From contig NZ_MWQY01000009.1 in NCBI RefSeq assembly GCF_002087085.1, positions 170,558 through 190,557 on the forward strand: a stretch of DNA of 20,000 nt. Reading direction: 5' to 3'. Below, in pieces: positions 15,965 through 20,000 of the stretch (position 1 is the first letter of the stretch; each line of letters opens with the position of its first letter). A program made the position numbers and the translations under genes. Below the pieces are notes generated by a model, which saw nothing but the letters and a program-made list of their open reading frames with translations, was not told the origin of the DNA and searched no databases.

Positions 15965-17187
15965 AGACCGAGTTCCTCGATCTCGCTTTGGATAAACCTG
16001 AATGCATCCCTGACGGAGACATCTTCCTCAAGGGCAGAGTATACCCATTTTCTGATGATAGTCGAAATCTCCTGATATCGCGGGTGGACAGGCCGAACCT
16101 TTGCGCCCCGTACCTGGACCCGCTTTGCATCGAAATAGGGATCCCGCATTCGTGTCTCCGGCTCGGACCAGACCTGACGCCAGACGGGAAACTCATGCAG
16201 ATAACGCCGCTGGAACTCGGGAGACGAAAGGTAAGAGATAAACCTCCAGGCCTCATCCTTCCGGGTGGACGACTTCATCACCGCAAGACCCTGAAAACCG
16301 GATACCGTTGCGCTGGCTCCCAGGGAATCAGAATACGGCAGGGTACTGACGGTAAAATCAAAAACCGGCGCTCCGCTTCCGCTTCCGGCGGCTTCCTCCA
16401 GCCTGCCGATAAGGAAGGTCCAGTTTGAAGTGAAAAGGGCGTCCCCCCAGGTGAAGACCTCCGCAGAGAACATCTCCCCCGCGTTGAGACTGTAGGGATT
16501 CAGAAGTCCCTCGTGCTTCAGATCGAGAAGGTATTCCAGGGCCATTCTGTTCTCGGGCCTGTCCAGAATCAGCTTGTCCCGGGAGGGATCCCAGGTATTG
16601 CCAAAGGCCCCTGAGAGCCAGACAAGTTCGCAAACCAGGACCTCCTCGGACCTCAGGGAATCAAATATGGGGTATTCGATAACTCCCTTCTCCCTGGCGA
16701 CAGCAGCCATGTGACGCATCTCCTCCAGGGTGTCGGGGGGACGGTCAAAGCCCGCTCGGCGAAGGAGATCCATATTGGTATAGAGCATCTGGAAGTTGGC
16801 AAGAAACGGCACACCCCACAGTTCACCTTTGTACATATTGGCACTGTAGATTGGAGCAATCACACCGGCTTCCACACTCCTCCGCAGATCATCAGGTACA
16901 GGGTCAAGGATACCTCGGTCAACAAAATCAGCAGTCCAGATATTATCCAGAAGCACGACGTCAAAGGCGTCCCCCTCTCCCGTTCTTCCGGTTACCAGAT
17001 CGTAGATATCCTCATATTCCTCAAATCGCAGGGTGACTTCAATTCCCGTTTCTTCGGTGAACTCCCTTCCCCGCTGTTCGACGTCCCGGGGATCATAACC
17101 GGCCTGGGCCATATAGATTACCCTCAGCGGATCGGCACTCAGCATGACAGAAAAAAGGAGCAAAGCGACGGGCACAGAAAGTCTCAT
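15961..17187 (-). CDS. Family-1 (CUT1/maltose-trehalose-type) extracellular solute-binding protein with no cognate permease in its operon
   Basis: Signal peptide MRLSVPVALLLFSVMLSA|D, with motifs DVVLLDNIWTADF, YKGELWGVPF, LYTNMDLL..AG...PP.T.EE, AWRFISYLSS.E.Q and RP.HP.Y.EIS. Start revised from TTG 17223 (which coincides with a -35 box) to ATG 17187. Confidence 0.88.
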   Translation of the reverse strand: MRLSVPVALLLFSVMLSADPLRVIYMAQAGYDPRDVEQRGREFTEETGIEVTLRFEEYEDIYDLVTGRTGEGDAFDVVLLDNIWTADFVDRGILDPVPDDLRRSVEAGVIAPIYSANMYKGELWGVPFLANFQMLYTNMDLLRRAGFDRPPDTLEEMRHMAAVAREKGVIEYPIFDSLRSEEVLVCELVWLSGAFGNTWDPSRDKLILDRPENRMALEYLLDLKHEGLLNPYSLNAGEMFSAEVFTWGDALFTSNWTFLIGRLEEAAGSGSGAPVFDFTVSTLPYSDSLGASATVSGFQGLAVMKSSTRKDEAWRFISYLSSPEFQRRYLHEFPVWRQVWSEPETRMRDPYFDAKRVQVRGAKVRPVHPRYQEISTIIRKWVYSALEEDVSVRDAFRFIQSEIEELGL

Positions 17188-17194
17188 AGATATC

Positions 17195-17223
17195 AAACTA
17201 CACCAGCCCTCTGGAGATGACAA
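17195..17223 (-). promoter_or_regulatory. Sigma70 promoter, probably leaderless, for the SBP-HK-RR operon (TTGTCA-N17-TAGTTT-N7-ATG)
   Basis: -35 at 17223-17218, -10 at 17200-17195, ATG 7 nt downstream, and no SD. Confidence 0.6.
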
Positions 17224-17270
17224 GTCTTAATATTTTTGATCCGGTAGATATCGTTTTCTGCAGAATCCTG

Positions 17271-17299
17271 TTTACCCGCCGAACAGGCTTCGATACAAT
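17271..17299 (+). promoter_or_regulatory. Sigma70 promoter for the sirtuin (TTTACC-N17-TACAAT-N9-ATG), near-leaderless
   Basis: -35 at 17271-17276, -10 at 17294-17299, ATG at 17309, and no SD. Confidence 0.5.
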
Positions 17300-17308
17300 G
17301 TCCCTGCC

Positions 17309-18073
17309 ATGAATGAAGGAATCGTATTTGAACCCCATTTCATCGACCTGATGAAGAGTTCAACCAGAATACTGGTTGTAACGGGAGCAGGAATCAGCAC
17401 CAGTGCCGGGATTATAGATTTTCGAAGCCCCGGAGGCCTCTACGAGGTGGCAGTCCATCGATACGAGCTTCCCTATCCTGAAGCAATTTTCGATATAAAC
17501 TATTTTAAAAGAAATCCGGAACCCTTTTTCAAGCTCTCCGCCGAGCTTCTGCTGGCTGACATTGAGCCCTCTCTCTGTCACCGTTTTCTTGCGGCCCTGG
17601 AGACAAACGGACAGATACTCCATATCATTACTCAGAATATCGATATGCTCCATGAAAAAGCCGGTTCCCGGAATGTCGTCGAAGGTCACGGTTCCTACCG
17701 CAGCGGGCGCTGCATTTCATGCGAAGAGATTTATCAGTTCGACGATTTCTCCGCCGATCTGTTACGGGGAGAAGTCCCCCACTGTTCCATCTGCGGCGGG
17801 GTGATCAAACCTGATGTAGTATTCTTTGGAGAACTCCTGCCTGATAGTTTCATGAAGATATATCACAACAGGCCCCGGGCTGACCTTCTTCTTGTACTCG
17901 GAACATCCCTTACCGTACATCCCATTGCCGGCTTCGCCCTTGATTACGCCCCCCGCATTCCATCGGTCCTGGTAACCCGGGACCCCACTTCCTATGACAG
18001 GGATTTTGATTATGTCTTTTATTGTGCTCTGGATGATTTTGCCCGTGAATTGTGGGAGGTTCTGGATGTATAG
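17309..18073 (+). CDS. NAD-dependent protein deacylase, Sir2 family (class I / SIRT2-SIRT3-like motifs)
   Basis: Motifs GAGISTSAG, DFRS, TQNID, catalytic HG, Zn-binding CISC...CSIC, KPDVVFFGE and LGTSL.V.P. Confidence 0.95.
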   Translation: MNEGIVFEPHFIDLMKSSTRILVVTGAGISTSAGIIDFRSPGGLYEVAVHRYELPYPEAIFDINYFKRNPEPFFKLSAELLLADIEPSLCHRFLAALETNGQILHIITQNIDMLHEKAGSRNVVEGHGSYRSGRCISCEEIYQFDDFSADLLRGEVPHCSICGGVIKPDVVFFGELLPDSFMKIYHNRPRADLLLVLGTSLTVHPIAGFALDYAPRIPSVLVTRDPTSYDRDFDYVFYCALDDFARELWEVLDV

Positions 18074-18140
18074 GAAAAGAATTCTGAACTCATAGTGGAT
18101 TTACTTCGGCAATGGAAAAAACCACACTGTCCCTAACCTG

Positions 18141-19448
18141 TTATTCTTTTAACATACGATCTTCCTTCGATTCCATCACGTCAGATAATTTTCCGTTTTT
18201 GCGGTTCCGTCTCCTGGGTCGTCTTAACATTCTGTAAGCCATTACCGTTGTCCTTGGCACAGTACGGTAGGTGGCCTTGGTTCCTCGAACCAGGAAGTCC
18301 GGAACCAGACGCAAACGAAAGAGTCCGAAGGGGATGTAGAGCCCCATTACAAAGGCTATAAAGAGATAGAGACCTCCGGGACCGAATTGAGCCATGAACT
18401 GGGACGCAATAAGCGGCCCGAGCATCGAACCCACTCCGTAGAAAACATAGAGGGCGCTGGCAGCTTCGATCATCTCGTTGTACTGCAGCTGGTCGTTAAC
18501 CGTGGCGATGGCCAGCGGATAAAGGGGCATCATGAATCCCCCCAACAGGAATCCCAGAATTATGAGGTAAAAACCCATTCCGCCGGTGAAGATCAGTCCC
18601 AAAGCGGCGACAGTCCCCACGGTGCAGCTGATCAGCAATGCGAAGCGCCGGTCTTTGTGGTCCGAGACCCAGCCCAGGGGGAGCTGCAGTGCGATCGTTC
18701 CGGCAGCCACGATAAGGAGGAAGAGGCCTATCGCTCCGTCACTCAAGCCCCAGCTCTGAACGGCCCGGGGAGTGAGGGTTATATGGGCTCCAATGACCAG
18801 ACCACTTATGATGACGCCGGTTGAACCCATGGGCGATTTACTGAATATACCGCCTAAACGGATGCCGATACTCGAGACTTGGGGATTGCCTTTCACCTGG
18901 GCCAGGCCGACCGGAAGAACACAAAGGGATATCAGGATCGAGGTGATTCCAAAGAGGCTGAACTCCCGGGGAGTGAAGACCGCCAGAAGAGGCTGGGCCA
19001 CACCGTTGGCGGCCAGGAAGATGATCCCGTAGAGGGACAGGATACGGCCGCGGCTTTTAGTAGGGGCCGAGGAGTTCAACCAGCTCTCTACCACCACGAG
19101 CACAATGGATATACATACTCCGTGGACAACCCGGAATACAACCCACCAGCCCGGTGAGATAATCAGCACGTGGGCCAGAGAGGTAGCTGAGGCCATGGAA
19201 GAGAAGGCGGCAAAGGTGCGTACGTAGCCGACGTTTCTGATCATCAGCAGTGCGAGGAAGGATCCCGCCAGAATCCCGGCAAAATAGCCGGAACTGATTA
19301 TTCCTATGGTCTGTTCGCTGAAACCCTCCAGGCCGGCCCGCAGGGAGACGGCCGTGGTCTGCAGAGCCGAACCAGAAGCTAAAAGAAAGACGCTGGCAAG
19401 GATAGCGCTAATCGTCGTGATGGATTTGCCGTTTTCAGTCTGCTCCAT
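18141..19448 (-). CDS. MFS transporter (YcaD-like)
   Basis: About 12 hydrophobic segments, with 'VVESWLN...RGRILSLY', 'LQLPLGWVSDHKDRR', 'LYPLAIA.VND' and 'YGVGSMLGPL'. Confidence 0.92.
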   Translation of the reverse strand: MEQTENGKSITTISAILASVFLLASGSALQTTAVSLRAGLEGFSEQTIGIISSGYFAGILAGSFLALLMIRNVGYVRTFAAFSSMASATSLAHVLIISPGWWVVFRVVHGVCISIVLVVVESWLNSSAPTKSRGRILSLYGIIFLAANGVAQPLLAVFTPREFSLFGITSILISLCVLPVGLAQVKGNPQVSSIGIRLGGIFSKSPMGSTGVIISGLVIGAHITLTPRAVQSWGLSDGAIGLFLLIVAAGTIALQLPLGWVSDHKDRRFALLISCTVGTVAALGLIFTGGMGFYLIILGFLLGGFMMPLYPLAIATVNDQLQYNEMIEAASALYVFYGVGSMLGPLIASQFMAQFGPGGLYLFIAFVMGLYIPFGLFRLRLVPDFLVRGTKATYRTVPRTTVMAYRMLRRPRRRNRKNGKLSDVMESKEDRMLKE

Positions 19449-19454
19449 AATCTC

Positions 19455-19484
19455 GTGCTACCATACCCGGTCATGAAGATTCAA
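19455..19484 (-). promoter_or_regulatory. Possible leaderless promoter for the MFS gene (TTGAAT-N18-TAGCAC, extended TG, N6-ATG)
   Basis: -35 at 19484-19479, TG-G-TAGCAC with the hexamer at 19460-19455, ATG 6 nt later. The -10 lacks the conserved final T. Confidence 0.35.
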
Positions 19485-19496
19485 GCGTCGGGGGAA

Positions 19497-19895
19497 TTAT
19501 TCCTCCCGAATAGTCCCCTGCAGATCGGAGAGCTGAAGATTCAGGGCGGTAACGGACATGAAGAGCTCGCTTAACGAGAATACGAGGCTGATGATCATGG
19601 AAATAAGGCTCAAGGCGAAGACGATATCCCCGATGATTTCCAGGCCGAAGAAGAGCAGGAACATAGTTACCACACAGAGAAGTAAAGAAAGCACACCGAA
19701 TATCTGCATTACCTTTATCAAAGATATCCTCCGCTGCAGGTTCCGGATTTGACCGATTACAATCCTCGCGCGGTCGGTCGAGTACTCCTGGTGCAGAGTT
19801 CGGATCAGGCTTGCCAAGGCCAGGAAGCGATTGGTATAGGCCAGTAACAGCAGCGAGAGTGCGGGAAAAAGAAGGGCCGGAGTCGTTAAATCCAT
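19497..19895 (-). CDS. DUF2721-family small membrane protein
   Basis: Family-typical N-terminus 'LTTPALLFPALSLLLLAYTNRFL', then QI.NL.RRI.LIK.MQ..GV.S and three TM helices. Start revised from ATG 19937 to ATG 19895. Confidence 0.82.
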   Translation of the reverse strand: MDLTTPALLFPALSLLLLAYTNRFLALASLIRTLHQEYSTDRARIVIGQIRNLQRRISLIKVMQIFGVLSLLLCVVTMFLLFFGLEIIGDIVFALSLISMIISLVFSLSELFMSVTALNLQLSDLQGTIREE

Positions 19896-19901
19896 ACGAT
19901 C

Positions 19902-19930
19902 ATGGTACGGGAAACTCCGCTTTGAGGCAA
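19902..19930 (-). promoter_or_regulatory. Leaderless sigma70 promoter for the DUF2721 gene (TTGCCT-N17-TACCAT-N6-ATG)
   Basis: -35 at 19930-19925, -10 at 19907-19902, ATG at 19895, and no SD. Confidence 0.6.
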
Positions 19931-20000
19931 TGGTCATGAAACCTCGTAACCGTCAATTAAACCCCACCCCTGACAAGAAATCAGAGGGAAATATTCCAAG

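Noticed and set aside
17309..18073. Sir2 as an anti-phage NADase (ThsA/DSR/Sir2-HerA type)
   Set aside because: It is a single-domain enzyme with the Zn ribbon and FGE peptide-binding loop of deacylases, and no defence partner genes are nearby.
853..19157. Other long antisense or alternate-frame ORFs (e.g. 853-1299, 1513-2088, 5206-5745, 8624-9331, 15344-16075, 16711-17220, 18387-18824)
   Set aside because: All overlap well-supported genes and show no protein family motifs.
19936..20000. Partial ORF at the right edge (plus-strand MKPRNRQL..., or a minus-strand frame ending ...GVGFN*)
   Set aside because: It is too short, and both readings are possible.
1..20000. CRISPR arrays, tRNA/rRNA, IS or prophage genes, known riboswitches
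   Set aside because: No spaced direct repeats, RNA gene signatures or transposase/integrase motifs were seen. The intergenic gaps are short (about 150 nt or less) and mostly explained by promoters and hairpins.

Overview
A gene-dense bacterial window with 17 complete CDSs, 15 of them on the minus strand. It is probably from a free-living spirochaete; this is an inference from the Cys-less 'FA|GGEKE' signal peptide of the ChvE-like protein and the ODP/soluble-receptor pair. In window order: (1) a stand-alone pterin-4a-carbinolamine dehydratase; (2) an oxygen-binding di-iron protein (ODP-like, metallo-beta-lactamase fold) coupled to a sensor-less cytoplasmic chemoreceptor, with its own sigma70-type promoter and two dyad sites; (3) an RpiR-led five-gene sugar-acid catabolic operon (2-hydroxyacid dehydrogenase, GntP permease, FGGY kinase, atypical class II aldolase) that I cannot match to a characterised pathway; (4) a ChvE/GguA/GguB monosaccharide ABC operon with a consensus sigma54 promoter and a clear intrinsic terminator; (5) directly upstream of it, a translationally coupled trio of orphan family-1 solute-binding protein, HAMP/PAS histidine kinase and sigma54 response regulator, which looks like a three-component sensing system; (6) a divergent sirtuin with strongly SIRT2/SIRT3-like (class I) motifs; (7) a YcaD-like MFS transporter and a DUF2721 protein. 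Four genes at the right end appear to have leaderless or near-leaderless promoters. No rRNA, tRNA, CRISPR array or mobile element was seen. All family calls come from motif recognition by eye, not from database searches.
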